64,000 nt of DNA, from the NCBI RefSeq assembly GCF_009914755.1, contig NC_060935.1. One strand, written 5' to 3'. Shown here piece by piece: positions 1 to 17,835 of the stretch. Position numbers and translations under genes: made by a program. Under the pieces are notes generated by a model. The model was not told where the DNA came from. It searched no databases and was given only the letters and a program-made list of their open reading frames with translations. This DNA comes from the human T2T-CHM13v2.0 reference genome, Homo sapiens. Numbering within the stretch: the stretch's first letter is position 1; each line of letters opens with the position of its first letter.

Positions 1-189
1 TACTAACATATTAACATATTCAAAAGTTAAAACTAATCTAAAAGATATATACAGTAAAAGTCCCATCTTCCCTGTTTTCTTCTTCATCCCCACAAAGACT
101 TAGATGTTGTATAAACTTCCAGATTTTGTTATGTAAATATAAGCAAATATGAATATATGGTTTTATTCCCCTCCCAATTTACACAAAAA

Positions 190-570
190 GTACCTTACTG
201 TACATTGTTTTGAATTCTGCTTTTTCCAAATAACAATGGTATGTGAAAAACTTTCCAAATGTTCATATAGAAAAAAAAATCCACTTTTTTTAACAGCTGT
301 AGAGTATTTCATTGTGTAGTTGTCATAGTTCATTTAACGAACACGTTGCCTATAGACACTAAGGAATTTCCAATCTTTTGCTACCACACACAAAGCTACA
401 ATGAAAACTCCTATACATATGTTATTTTGTAAGTACACACAAGAATTTCTGTAATAAATTCCCAAAATTGGTACTGAGATGAGGTAAATGCATTGGTCTT
501 TTTCTAGAAATTGCCAATTTGCATTCCACAGGAGTTGCATCATTTTGCACTTCCACAACCTATGCATCTC
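190..570 (-). mobile_element. Old L1M (L1ME-like) 3' fragment
   Basis: Degenerate match to the reverse complement of the L1 ORF2 end/3'UTR (tttccaatcttttgctac..., ttgccaatttgcattcc...cattttgcacttccac). Boundaries approximate. Confidence 0.55.
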
Positions 571-2084
571 TGATTTATCCTGAAAAAAAGCTATTCCTCT
601 CTCCGGGCCTCTAAAATACTTTGTTTATAAGGCAATTTCCAACGATGTGCTCACTGCAATAAACTACATAAAGCTCTTGGCTTATTTTTTTCCCAGATGC
701 AAATGTAAAATTTGTTGACTTAGAAAGGTTAAAAGCAAATAAATTTTCAAATTAAAAAACAAACCTCATATAAACTCAGTAAATCAGCATATTAATGCCT
801 AAATGTGCTGGGATAGCAACTGTTTGTCTTTCTAATATCTCCTGTGCTCCAAAAACAAATATACTCCCTATTCCAGTTTTTTAAAAAATTCACATTCAAT
901 AGTTTATAAATGGATACGAAGTCAAATGCATTTCACTTCTAAATGAATGTTTTCCTAAACCACTTAAATGTTTTCATGAAGTCAAATCTGTGTTACTTCT
1001 ATATTTTTTAAAGCCGTAATTTCAAAGGTGATTTAACCTTTGTAACTGCCATTTTTAACAGGTAGTATCATCTAATGTATTATTTTTATTTCAATGTCTA
1101 TCCTATCAAATATTTAATAATTAGAAAACAAACACCAAGTCCACTGGACTTCCTATTTGAAGTCATACTTAAGTAAATCACTTTCAATAAGCCTACAACT
1201 GTTTAGCTGGAAAACATGTAAATGATCATATTTATTCCCCAAATAAGGATACGCAACCTATGTTGCATATATATTAGACAGAAATCAGTCGGTCAGACAG
1301 AAATCGGTCTGAGGTTATCTCAATATCCTGTAAAAACAAAGTGGCTAGACTAGTTGCTGATACCAAAATGAATTTTAAAATGCTAGCACACATTCTCTAC
1401 TCTTATAGTCAGCAGATGTGACAGAACCATACTTAAGCTCTCACCTAAGTAATACATAATGTTAGGCAAATGCGTTGATTTTAAATATGAGTCAAACGGA
1501 AGGCACTGACAACAAAAAGCAAGAATTACCTAACAAATGTAAAAGAAAACAAAACAAATGAGAAAACACATCACAGTAGCTCTGAGGACAAAAAAGCTTA
1601 TCAGGCTAGGATAATTTAGAAGAAAACAGTCCAACACAGCATAGAATTCCGAGGAAATCACTTTAATTCTGTAAAATGACTGATGTTCACAGTAACAACT
1701 CAGAGCCATTATAAAAAAACTTAAAATGTATTCTGTTTAAGAGAACAAAGACACACGTTTTTCTGATGAAGTACTCAAAGTAAAACTTCTCGGTTAAAAT
1801 CAGAATATACAGTGGTTGCCCTTTAGAAGATGAACTGTGATAAAGTGCAATAACTATGGGGGCTTTAGATGTGAAACTTTTTTTTCCCTTTTTTTTTTTG
1901 TAATGACCTCTCCTTACGATAGACATGCAACTTTCTATGCTAAGCCAGTTGTTAGTTAATAGCCGAAGGAATATCTGATTTTTTCTGCAAGCTATTTAGG
2001 CATATTTTCACTTAAATGACTGGAACACTCAAGAAAATGTCCTGATTTCATTTTACTTTAAGTTGTAACTGCCAAAGTAGATAG

Positions 2085-2190
2085 GTTAGTCTGGCTTCTA
2101 GCTCCAATTTGCTAAATGGCCTTGTTCAAGTGACTCAATCTCTCTAGTCCTTAGTTTCTTCATCAGTAAAGTGAAGGAGTTATAGAAGGC
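2085..2190 (+). mobile_element. MIR fragment
   Basis: MIR core-like: caagtgactcaatctctctagtccttagtttcttcatcagtaaagtga. Confidence 0.6.
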
Positions 2191-2459
2191 ATGATATGTT
2201 ACTAAATAGAATAAGTGTGCTAACAAAGTGAAACAGAGTTACTGCATTAGGTCCTGTATCTACATCAATACTATAACTAGATCTATTTATATGTACTCTA
2301 TATTTAAACTATCTCAAACTATATGTCACTTTACTATATATGTAAGGCCTACAATAAAAGAAATGATAATCATTTTAGAATGTTCCCCAACATTTAATAT
2401 TGTTACTGTCAGGATATAAACAAATGTACACATGATATGTAACCAGGATATTTTTTAAA

Positions 2460-2920
2460 ACACATTCTCAGCAATGTCATCAAATACTAGAAACAACTCA
2501 ATGATCTACCAACAGCAGAATGGATGAATAAATTCTGGCACATTTAATTCAAAGGGATAATACATAATAACAAAAATGAATGAAATAAAACTACACATAA
2601 CTACATGGATAACTCTTCAAAACATAATGCTGAGCAAAGGAAGAAAGAATACACGATTCATAAAGATTAAAATGAGGCGAAAAAAGTAAACATACTGCTT
2701 AGGAATACACGTAAAGTGACAAAGTTATATTAAAAATTGTATAAATAATTACCATTAAAGTCATGATACTGGTTACCTCTAAAGAAAAGAAAGCATATCA
2801 AGAGTTTCTGGGATGCCAGTAATACTCTAAGGTTACAAAGATGTATGCTAAATATTTAATTTATAATTATTCATTGTATTATATATTTATGTTCCTGTAT
2901 CACTATATTTTACAACAAAA
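2460..2920 (+). mobile_element. Old L1ME-type 3' end
   Basis: ctagaaacaactcaa...agaatggatgaataaattctgg...acatggataactcttcaaaacataatgctgag, typical of the L1ME 3'UTR. Confidence 0.65.
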
Positions 2921-4598
2921 AGTTATAATTATATACTTTCTAAAATAATACTAATATATTTTTATAAAAAGGAAGGATTCCTTTCTGCTATCAACAATTT
3001 CCTTGATCTACATTTCTAATTTTTAATGCAATATTTTAATAAGGAAGAAATAAGTTACTATGCCTAATTCTCCACAATCCTAATTAAAAGTAGATTTCAG
3101 CCTTTAAATAATATAAGATCAGTTATCCTGCTAGATCTTGGCTTAGCAGCTCCATGTTGTTTCTGTCTGTCAGTCTTCTTTTCAAGAAAATGCATGCTCA
3201 TTAATTCCAAATGATATTCAGGTAATAATTTGAGGCATGCTGCATTTCAAAAAATACAATAGCTTAGCCCTAAGGTAGGAAGAAACACACTTCTGACTTT
3301 CACACATTTTAAAATAATTTTGGGAGCACTTGTCTATGCATACAACATGAAGGTCCATGATAGGCAAGTCACAGACACTACAGATGAAATCCACACTGTG
3401 AGTACTAGAAAACATGATAGCTGGATTATAGCATAGTTATACAATGTCTAATGTAAATTATACTGGGGCAGTTTTAGATATTTTCTTTGGAAAAACAAAA
3501 GTACAGGGAATGGAAATTATTACAGAACATTTAACAGTAAACTAACTTACATTACAAAAAAACCCTACACAATTTACAAAATCCTCAAAGGTTCACCACC
3601 TAGAAGCATCCTTCAGTGTGTACAGTTATTCCAACTTTTAGATGCTGCTCAACAGGAAGCAGACAATGAAATTTTGAAACAAGACTATCAGTACTTTCAT
3701 CAGGCTCCAGGTACCAACATGATGGCAATGATATAGCACCTTTATAATAGTTGCTTTTGTTGCATACTATTGGTTTTTGTGAATGTAGCCAAAGATTCCC
3801 CTCCTTAGTGGGTCCAACTAACCAGTTATTTGCCCATCTATTAAGTGCCAACTTTACAAAATTACATTGTGTCCAGCAGGGAGCAGCATTACAACAGTCA
3901 TAAGAGTTAAGTTGAACATGAAACCGACAGAAGAAAAAGGAGGAAAAAGCCCACTTACCATAGGTCTGTTCTACAATTCATTCAATTTTTAGGGAAGTTG
4001 CAGGGCTTCCAGAAAAAAAAAAAATAAAGCATGTCTTAAAGCATAGGTGGGTGATCCACAATTTCAGGAATCCTAAAGCAGGAAATCAAAATTACATTAG
4101 TTGAAGGCTATTTTCAACCATATTGAGTTGAATTAGTAGTCTATACTATGACTGAATGACAGTTGTAACGGTGCGTCTTCCTCTTAATGGGTCCATGAGA
4201 TCTTGAATTCAGGAATTTTATGACGCTTTGGAAAAAATGACTTAAAAAAACAGACAATATTAAAGTCCTTTATCCATCAGAGAATTCAGGTCAGAGAAGA
4301 AAGTAATAGCTAATAGATTATATGAGATCAACCTAGAAAGAACTATGTTCCAAGAGTTAAATGAGTTGACAGGGCAACCATCAACAGTTCATTAAACTGT
4401 TCTAGACTGAGACATAGAAAGGATACAAACATTAACTTCTGCAGGTCAGCATGAATACCTGAGGTTAATTTTAAGAATAAAAAAGCGGTAGAAAAGCAGA
4501 ATACAATACTAGTGATATAAGACTAAATTAGATATGTACTGAATATAAGGAATGTGTGTGATACTGTAAAAAAAACCTTGTGACCAGTTATAATATGA

Positions 4599-5027
<429 letters not shown>

Positions 5028-6035
5028 AAAAAGTTTTATTTTTATTTGAAATGTTAAAGTTTGCTTTGTGTGAGTTTGCGTGTGACTTTTCAGTGTCTGC
5101 CACAAAAAACAAACTTTTGCCTTTAAAACAATATATGCATATTCACTTTTAAATATGCATAATTGCATATATCTATATAATATACAATATCACATATCAA
5201 TGTTATTAATACATAACATTTACTTGAAATTTAATACGTAAAATGATTCCTATTTTCTGACAAAATGACACAAGCAGTTTAACTTTGGCGAATGATATAA
5301 AGAATACGGTTTCACTCTAATAATTACCATCAATTTGACTGAAGCTGAGAGAAACTCTGATATATTAATCTTCTACCCTTTAGCAGTAAACCATTAGTTG
5401 CATTACTTATCATCTTTTGCTCTCCTTAGTCTTCTTATCTTATCTCTTGCCTTTGCTTTTACACATTTCACTTTTCTGATAATTCTTCATTTCTGCCAAT
5501 CTCTCTTCCTCCTCTTTTGTAATGCATTTCTGTATCAATTCAAATTTTTAATTCAATCTTCTCTCTTTATGACACTACCACTTTTTTTTTCTTTTAACCT
5601 GGTACCTTTAAAAATGAGTTTTCTCCTGTAACAATAGTCTGTTTAAATATATCGTTTCATCCACTTACAAGCACCATGTTTGATCTCAAAAATCTTAACA
5701 ATCTCACATAATTGGAAGACACATCTAAATATACTTAAATTGTATTTGTTATTCATAAAAAATTCTCCTGAGTTATTTAAGAACTTGCTAAATGTTTTTA
5801 AATTCGATCTTGAAACACGCAAAAATTTCGAGGAAATCTAATCTCACATCTAATCTCTAATCATTCCAAAAAACTAGAGACAACCACTATTCTAATAAAG
5901 AGGTAATTTAGGATCTTACTACATTGATGTGAGTAAATATTGAGTAACCAACTTCTCTAAATCAACAGAACTTTAGCGCTATTTATTCACATATGTGTGT
6001 GTATGTAATGTGCACTATCCACATTAAAAAGCAAA

Positions 6036-6315
<280 letters not shown>

Positions 6316-6529
6316 GCAGTTCATTAAATAACCCCCTACTTCTATATATATTATAAAGTCTGAGAAGAAAAGTGATTTTCCTGTTCAGCACTCTCTAATA
6401 TAAACATTAAAGGTATTAGTACGTTGTAACATAATGTCATAATAATTATTCACAAGCCTTGAAATTTTTTAAAATTTGTATATAGATTATACAACACCAT
6501 TTATAATATAATTACCTAAAAAGAGACTA

Positions 6530-6978
6530 TAGTGAGTTGAGAAATGGTCCCCCTTCCTGCCTCCCCTACCCAAATTCATGTTCATCTGGAACCTCAGAAC
6601 ATGACCTTATTTGGAAAAAGGGTCTTTGCAGATGTAATTAAGGTAAGGACCAATGTGAGATCATAGTAGATTACAAAGGGTCCTAAATCCAACGGGAACG
6701 TCCTCATTAGAGACAGAAAAGGACACAGGAAGACACAGAGAAAAGAACAATGTGAAAATGAAGTCAGCCTGGAGTTACACTGTCTCAGGGCAAGGAATAA
6801 CATGACACCATAAGCTGCAGAAGCAAAGAAGGATGCCCCCCTAGAGTTTTCATAATAAACATAGCTGACAACTTGACTTCGTATTTTTGACCTCCAAAAT
6901 TGTTAGAAAATTGATCTCTGTGTGTTAAGTCACCAAGTTTTTGTTCATTTGTTATGGTAATTTTAGAGAACTAACATA
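6530..6978 (+). mobile_element. MLT1 (MaLR) LTR
   Basis: aacctcagaacatgaccttatttggaaaaagggtctttgcagatgtaattaag and 3' end tttgttatgg...gaactaaca. Confidence 0.85.
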
Positions 6979-7700
6979 GATTTTCATACCAAAAACTGGA
7001 GTGTTGCTGTGATACCTAAAAATAGAAAAACAGAAAAAGCCTAGGTTGCCTTGAAGAAATTTTTGGTAGAAAAAGAAATCTTAAGAGAACTCTGCTAATG
7101 GCTCAGAAGGAAGAGAAGAGGTAAAGAAAGCTATCACCTTAAAGAATACATACATTATCATGAACAGAATGTTGACAGAAATAGGAACATTAAAAAGGTT
7201 TCTGATGAACTCTCAAGAAGGAAATGAAGAACATGGTATTGGAAAGTAAAGAAATAGCAGTCCTTGTTGTAAAGTGGCAGAAAACTTGGCTGAAATGGGT
7301 TCTACTATGTGGCAAAACGTAGAACTTGGTAAGCAATTAACTTGAATATGTAGCTGAGGAGATTTCCAAGCAAAGTGTTAAAGGCGTAGACTGTTTTCTC
7401 CGGGCTGCTTACAGTAAAATGTGAGAGAAGAGATAAATTGAGGAAGAAATTGTTAAGCAAAGAAAAACCTATGATTTGGAGATTTCTTAACCTATCTAAA
7501 TTGTAAAAGATGCTAAAACATGCTCTGGAGAAGGGCCAAGGATGTGGCTGAAAAACCTTTTCTGAAGAGATTAGGTATGTGACTAATGGGTCCAAATCAA
7601 CCTTTTCAGCAGAAGCTAGAAACAGAGATGAGATTATCCAGGAAAGATCTTTGAAGAATTCTCTTATGATGGCAGAGATCCTCTAGACATACATGGGAGA
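6979..7700 (+). mobile_element. MLT1 internal sequence (5' part)
   Basis: Follows the LTR directly with gatttt..tacc..actggagtgttgctgt..tacctaaa; contains MLT-int motifs aaagtggcagaaaacttggctgaa and tagctgaggagatttccaagcaaagtg. Confidence 0.75.
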
Positions 7701-7706
7701 CCCACA

Positions 7707-8931
7707 CATTTTAAAATATTCAGTAAACCATGCTATAAACACATGTGCTGTCACCCAGGCTTTGTTGTTCTGTCTATAAAGAACAGGCAGAGTAGCTTTA
7801 GTATAATTCCTAAGGGCCTTGGGATTTTCATAATGGTAAATGAGCACTGGCTTCAACTTAAAGACACCAGTTGCCATTATCCCCTTAGGAGAGTGAGCCT
7901 GTCCTGAGAAGCATCAAAGCCAGGCATTGACTTCTCTCCAGCTATGAAAAGTCCTAGATAGCATCTTCTTCCAACAGAAGGCTGTTTAATCTACATTGAA
8001 AATTTGTCACTTCATGTACCCACCTATATCAACTATCTTTGCTAGATAGAGGTAACTTGCTGCAGCTTGCCATACACTTTTATGTTATGGCTTCTCTCCT
8101 TAAACCTCATTAATACAACCTCTGCTATCTTTCAAATGTTCTTCTGCAGCTTCCTCACCTCTCTCAGCCTTCATAGAATTGAAAAAAACAGGATCTTACT
8201 CTGGATTAGACTTTGACTTGAAGGAACATTGTGGCTGGTTTGATCTATCCAGACAACTAAAACTTTCTCCATATGAGTAATAAGGTCATTTCTCTTTCTT
8301 AACATTCATGAGTTTATGAACTTTTCCCATTGCATTCACAGCTTAACTGTTTGGCAAGAGGCCTACCTCTTGGCCTGTCTCAGCTTTCAACAAGCCTTCC
8401 TTGGTAAGCTTAATCATTTCTAGCTTTTGATTTAAAGTGACAAATATGCCATGCTTTCTTTCACTTGAACACTTAAAGACCACTTTAAAGACCACTGTAT
8501 GGTTAATTTTCCTAATTTCAATATTGTTATGTCTCAGTGACACAATGAAGTGAATAGGGAGTGAATAGGGAGGCCAGCGAAGGAGAGCTGGGGGGACAGC
8601 TGGTTGATAGAACAGTTAGCACACATACATTTACTGATTAAGTTAACATTCTTACATGGGCACGGTTTCTGGTGCCTCAAAACAATTACAATAGCAACAC
8701 CAAAGATCCTGATCACAGATAACCATCACAGATATAATAATGATAAGAAGGTTTGAAATATTGCAAGAATTACCAAAATGTGACACAGGGACACAAAGTG
8801 AGCATGTACTGTTGGAAAAATGGCACCAATAGACTTGCTAATTGCAGGGTTGTCACAAATCTTCAAGTTGTAAAAAATGCAGTTCTTCAAAGCTCGATAC
8901 AGGGAAGCACAAATAAGATGATGCATGCCTG
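7707..8931 (-). mobile_element. Tigger1 DNA transposon, 5' half with decayed transposase
   Basis: Minus-strand peptides [29 protein letters not shown] and LNQKLEMIKL match Tigger1/TIGD1 transposase; terminal CAGGCAT at 8931 abuts TA (8932-8933). Confidence 0.9.
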
Positions 8932-8979
8932 TAGTTTTTCTACAAAAAATGTTAAGGGACCCTGAAAAGCCAAAACAAC

Positions 8980-11395
<2,416 letters not shown>

Positions 11396-12442
11396 GGACT
11401 TACACGCTGATTTCAAATGTTGATATTATTATTTTAAGCCCTGAGTCAAAATTTAGTACAAAGTTATAGTAAGCAAAAACGTGGTACTGGCATAATGACA
11501 GATCTATAGACCAATGGAATAGAATAAAGAGCACAGAAATAGCATTGACATAAATGGTCAAATGATTTTTGACAAGGGTGCCAAGACCATTCAATGGGGA
11601 AAAGGCAGTCTTTTCAACACATGGTATTGAGAAAACTAGATATCAACATAAAAAAGAATGAAGTTGGACTTTTGTCTTACACCATATAAAATTAACTCAA
11701 AATAGATCAAAAACCTAAATGGAAGAGCTAAAACTACACAACTCTTGATTGGCCATGATTCATTGAATATGGCAACAAAAACAAAGGTCACAAAAGAAAT
11801 AAAAATATATAAACTAGACTTTCTCAAATTAAAAACTTTTGAGCAACAAAAAATACTATCACAAGGAGAAAGTATTTGCATATCATACATCTAATTAAGG
11901 GTCACGGTCCAGAATATATAAAGAACTCCTATAACTCAAAAACCCGCAAAAAAAAAAAAAACAAAGCCATTACTCAATTCAAAACCGGCAAAGGTTTTCA
12001 AAAGACATCTCTCCAGACAAGGTATACAAATGGCCAATAAGCACATGAAAAGATGTTAAACATCCCTAGTCATTAGGGAAATGCATATCAAAACCACAAT
12101 AAGATATCACATCATATGCATTAGGATGACTATTATCAAAAAAACAGAAAATAACAAATGTTGCTAAGGATGTGGTGAAATTGTAACCCTTCCGCACTCC
12201 TGGTGGGAATGCAAAATGGTACAGCCAATGTGGAAAACAGTTTGGTGATACCTTAAAAAGTTAATCATAGAATTTTCATATAATCCAGCAATTCCATTGT
12301 ATGGTATATACCCAAAGGAAATGAAAACAGAGATTCAAACAGATACTTCTATGCCAATGTTCACTGTAGCACTATTTACAATAGCCAAAGGTAGAAACAA
12401 CCCAAGAGTCTATCAACAGATGAATGGATAAACAAACTGTGA

Positions 12443-12895
12443 TATATGTGTGTGTGTGTGTGTGTGTATATTATAAATATGTTATCTTATATATATGTTA
12501 TAACTTTTTAAAATTTTATTATTATTATACTTTAAATTTTAGGGTACATCCTAATGCTAAATGATGTTAATATGTTATAATTTACATATGTAATCTGATA
12601 TAGGATAATCATATATTATAATAGATAATCCTATATATAACATATATTATACATTATATAATCTATAATTTTATATATCTAAGAGTATATTATATAATCT
12701 TATATATATCTGATATATATGATCTTATATCATATATAATACAATCTTATATATTATATACAATGATATATCATCTATTACGTATATCATATATATCATC
12801 TATTATATATGATAATCTTATATCATATACTATAATCTTATATAAGATTGCACATGTTACATATATGTATTACATATTATATATATATACACACA
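12443..12895. repeat. (TG)n followed by degenerate (TA)-rich low-complexity tract
   Basis: Directly visible. Confidence 0.9.
12507..12571 (-). mobile_element. Very short 5'-inverted L1PA 3'-end insertion
   Basis: L1PA terminus (minus strand atgtaccctaaaatttaaagtataataa) joined to an inverted upstream L1PA piece (cctaatgctaaatga..gttaat); TSD atatgttataa at 12493-12503 and 12570-12580. Confidence 0.7.
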
Positions 12896-13047
12896 CAGAT
12901 GGTCCCTGACTTAGCAATGGTTTCACTTATGATTTTCAACCTTATAATGGGTTTATCAGGGTATTAAATACATTTTCAACTTATGGTATTTTCAACTTAA
13001 ATTGGGTTTATCAGGACATAACTCCATCATAAGTCAAAGAGCATCTG
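12896..13047. mobile_element. MER47-family (TcMar-Tigger) MITE
   Basis: TIRs cagatggtccctgactta / taagtcaaagagcatctg; internal aatgggtttatcagg repeats. Confidence 0.8.
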
Positions 13048-13182
13048 CAATAGATTATTCAGCCATAAAAAAATGAAGTTTTAATATATGATACAAAATA
13101 CATGAACTTTGAAAAACATTATGCTAAGTGAAAAATATTATGCAAATATTAACAAGAATATAGTATGATTCCACTTATATGA

Positions 13183-13579
<397 letters not shown>

Positions 13580-14499
13580 GGGGTACAATATTTCTTCTTG
13601 AATGATGAAAAAGTTTTAGAAATAGTGGCAATGATTACACAACATTGTAAGTACTCTTAATGTGACTTCACTTATACTTAAAAATGATGAAAGTAGTGAA
13701 TTTTATGTTACGTATATTTTTATCACACATACACAAATTTTTTTAAAGGGCTCAAAACCTTGAGCCAGTTCAGAGGGCAGACACAAATACTTCAGTTAGA
13801 AAATCAAAACTGGGCTACTGATAAGTAGTAAAGTGAACATATTCCAATGCTCAGTGAGAGAAAAACGATCGTCATGTATGATGATAATCTATTAATTTTC
13901 ATGTGAGTTGATTTAGGAAATGTTAATAGAAAAAACATAATTTGCTTTATATTCTTAAAAAATCCAACCTTAGAATACCAAATGGACTATAAAATTATTT
14001 TCAAATCTTTAATTTTGACTAATGGAAAAATTGTAATACCAAATGACCTTTAATGTTATTCTTTGAACCTTTCACTTTGGGAAATAAAAAATATAATAAG
14101 CAGAACTATAAAATTAAAATTCTAAAGGTTTTAAGAAGGAAATATTTTTAAATTACAAAGGATTCTGTTTCACCACTGGACAACACTGTTATAAAGTTCT
14201 TTAATCTGGGTTGAAACTGAAATTTCTATGCCCTGGAGAAACAAAGAGGTCTAATTTTTTTTTGACAGGATTAAAACAAGTCTTATGAAACTCAAAATCT
14301 TTCACCTCCCAGCTACCTATATTCCAGTTACTACCTCAATTGCTTTCCCATCACTTTTTCTCACCATATTAATCACTCTGAATATATACCTATTTTAGCA
14401 GAGCAAATATGCTTCATGTTTTATGCTAATATCCATAAACTGGCTACATAAAAAGCTACCCTGAGGAGGAAACTAAGCCTGTATTTGGACTGAAGTGGA

Positions 14500-14730
14500 A
14501 AATAGTGGATAAGAGTATGAATTCTGTAGTCAGACAGGCTAGCTCTATTGTGAATCCTAGATCTTCCACTTACGAGCTTTCTGACCTAGATAGAACAAGT
14601 TACTTATCCTTTATGTGACTCCATTAACTTCTGAACACACTCATCTATAAAATGTGTGAGGATTAAATAATATATAAAGCATTCACAACATTACAGGGAC
14701 TACAATAGGCATTCAACAAAAACATTACTT
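14500..14730 (+). mobile_element. MIR
   Basis: gtgaatcctagatcttccacttacgagc...caagttacttatc...tcatctataaaatg...gtgaggattaaa. Confidence 0.75.
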
Positions 14731-14914
14731 AATATAATTAATCACCAATACATCCATGGAGAGAGGAGTGGAGATACTGAAGAAGATACTAAAGAAGATA
14801 CTTTACATTTCAGTTTTACCATGTGTCTTTTGATTCAAATATCATGCCTAAATGGGATTCTGGTTCAAAACTGCAGATAAATTTACTGCTACTCTCTTCA
14901 AAAACTACACGGAG

Positions 14915-15229
<315 letters not shown>

Positions 15230-15384
15230 ACTACACTGAAACGACAGTACGTTTTAAAAAATAAATAGAAATAAATGCTGAGAAAAGGAGTGAAAGGCAC
15301 ACTAGAGATTTTGAAGAATTTCTGGAAGACCAGGCATATAAAATCATAGTGATAGGTTTGGATGGAGCGAATGACAGTCCAGAT

Positions 15385-15667
15385 ATGGTTAGCAAATTAT
15401 AGTTCACAGGGTAAATCTCCCAGCCCATCACATGCTTTTGCATTTTTTAAAGGGCTGAAAGACTAAAGCAGCAGCATATTTTTTATAACATGTGAAAACT
15501 ACATGAAATTCAAATTTCAGTGTCCACAAAGTGTTATTAAAACACAGCCATACTCATTTGTTAATGTTATTTCTGGCTACTTTCCCATGGAAGAGTTAAG
15601 AGGTCATATTACCCGCAAAACCTAAAATATTTACCATCTGGTCCCAGAAAATGTATGCCCACCCCTA
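15385..15667 (+). mobile_element. MER58-family hAT element
   Basis: aacacagccatactcatttg...cctaaaatatttaccatctgg. Confidence 0.65.
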
Positions 15668-15768
15668 GCCAAGCACAAACATGAGAATGCTTCAGGAAGA
15701 TGAGACGCTTCTTCCTGTGACTCCAAAGGGGTTCTGAGCTAAAATCAGCAGTTCTGGAGGCTAACTTC

Positions 15769-15769
<1 letters not shown>

Positions 15770-15816
<47 letters not shown>

Positions 15817-15817
15817 A
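15770..15817. repeat. (TAAA)12 microsatellite
   Basis: Directly visible. Confidence 0.95.
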
Positions 15818-16427
15818 GTGTAATCTGCCTGAGAAGAATTTGGTCTCCAAGTATGGAGGTTGGAGAGCTAGGTTAGGGGCCTCCTCATCTGGCTATTAGA
15901 GAACGACTGGTCTGTGTACTTGCTCCTTGATTATGCACATTAAAGCAAAGTACACCAATAAATTAAGTCCTACCAACCCACAAGAAAATTGGTCAGTCTT
16001 TTTTTTTCCATTTAGGCTAAAGATTTGATGGGAAAACAAAGAAAGAGAAAACCCACTCCAGTTACTATATTATTCCACTGGTCCTTCACTTATCAACATG
16101 AATAAAGAGCCAACATTTAAGGAAAACACGAGCATGAGAAAGAAGGTCCATAATGAAAATAATTAGTCTGAATAAGCAACCCTGGAGAAATCAGAGGTAA
16201 TTCAGGGAGGAAAAAAAATTCTATGTCTCTGTAAAACAAGAGATATAGAATTAAAAGAACAGAGTTTAAACATAAAATATATGCCTGTCTGCCACCACCT
16301 TCTCCCATTCAGAAAAAATAGAAAAGGTGGAGAAAAAGTTGAAGAGGAACAATCCAAAGGAGTTAATCTTCCTAAACTTTCAGGAAAAGACACTCCTCTC
16401 TCCCCTCCAAAAATCTGTTCCACATAT

Positions 16428-16428
<1 letters not shown>

Positions 16429-16470
<42 letters not shown>
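16429..16470. repeat. (CA)21 microsatellite
   Basis: Directly visible. Confidence 0.95.
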
Positions 16471-16473
<3 letters not shown>

Positions 16474-16566
16474 CCCAAAGAGAGGGTGTTGAAAGGACTC
16501 GGAACACAGGGCAAATGAAATAAAAATACATAAAGCTGTAGACACTTTTTTTTTTCAACCTAGAGC

Positions 16567-16787
16567 AGAGGTTGCCAAACTAGGGCCCATGAGTCAAATT
16601 CAGCAGACTCTGTTTTAGCCAATAAAGTTTTACTGGGACAAAGTCATGCTCATTCATATACATGTTATCTGTGACTGCTTTTGTGCTCTCACAGCGAGTT
16701 GAAAAGTTGTAACAGAGACCATATGGACTACAAGGCCTAAAATATTTACTATTTGGTCTTTTATAGAAAAAGGTTGCCAAAGCTTGA
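16567..16787 (+). mobile_element. MER58A
   Basis: cagaggttgccaaact...aataaagttttactgg...aaggcctaaaatatttactatttggtc...ggttgcc. Confidence 0.85.
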
Positions 16788-16789
16788 TC

Positions 16790-17008
16790 TAAAGCTGTGT
16801 GATTTAATATAGTACAAACTAGCCACATGCAGCTGTTTAAATAAATAACTTAAAATAACTAAAATTAAATAAGATTAAAATTCAGTTCCTCTGTCATATC
16901 AGTCACATTTTAAGTACTCTATAACCATACGTGTTTAATGACTATTGTACTGGACAGTGCAGATACAGAACATTTCCATCAACATAGGAGGTTCTACTGG
17001 ACAGGGTT
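16790..17008. mobile_element. MER3 (hAT-Charlie)
   Basis: ctagccacatg...aaaattcagttcctc...actggacagtgcagatacagaacatttccatc...ttctactggacag. Confidence 0.8.
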
Positions 17009-17090
17009 CATCTGGGTATTACAATAGATTATTGTAACTGCATTTTAATTACTGCTTTAACAATTGCTACACTGAAAAAACATACCTAAG

Positions 17091-17835
<745 letters not shown>

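Noticed and set aside
1276-1309. agacagaaatc(a/g)gtc repeated at a 19-bp period
   Set aside because: Two copies only; an ordinary slippage duplication, not an array.
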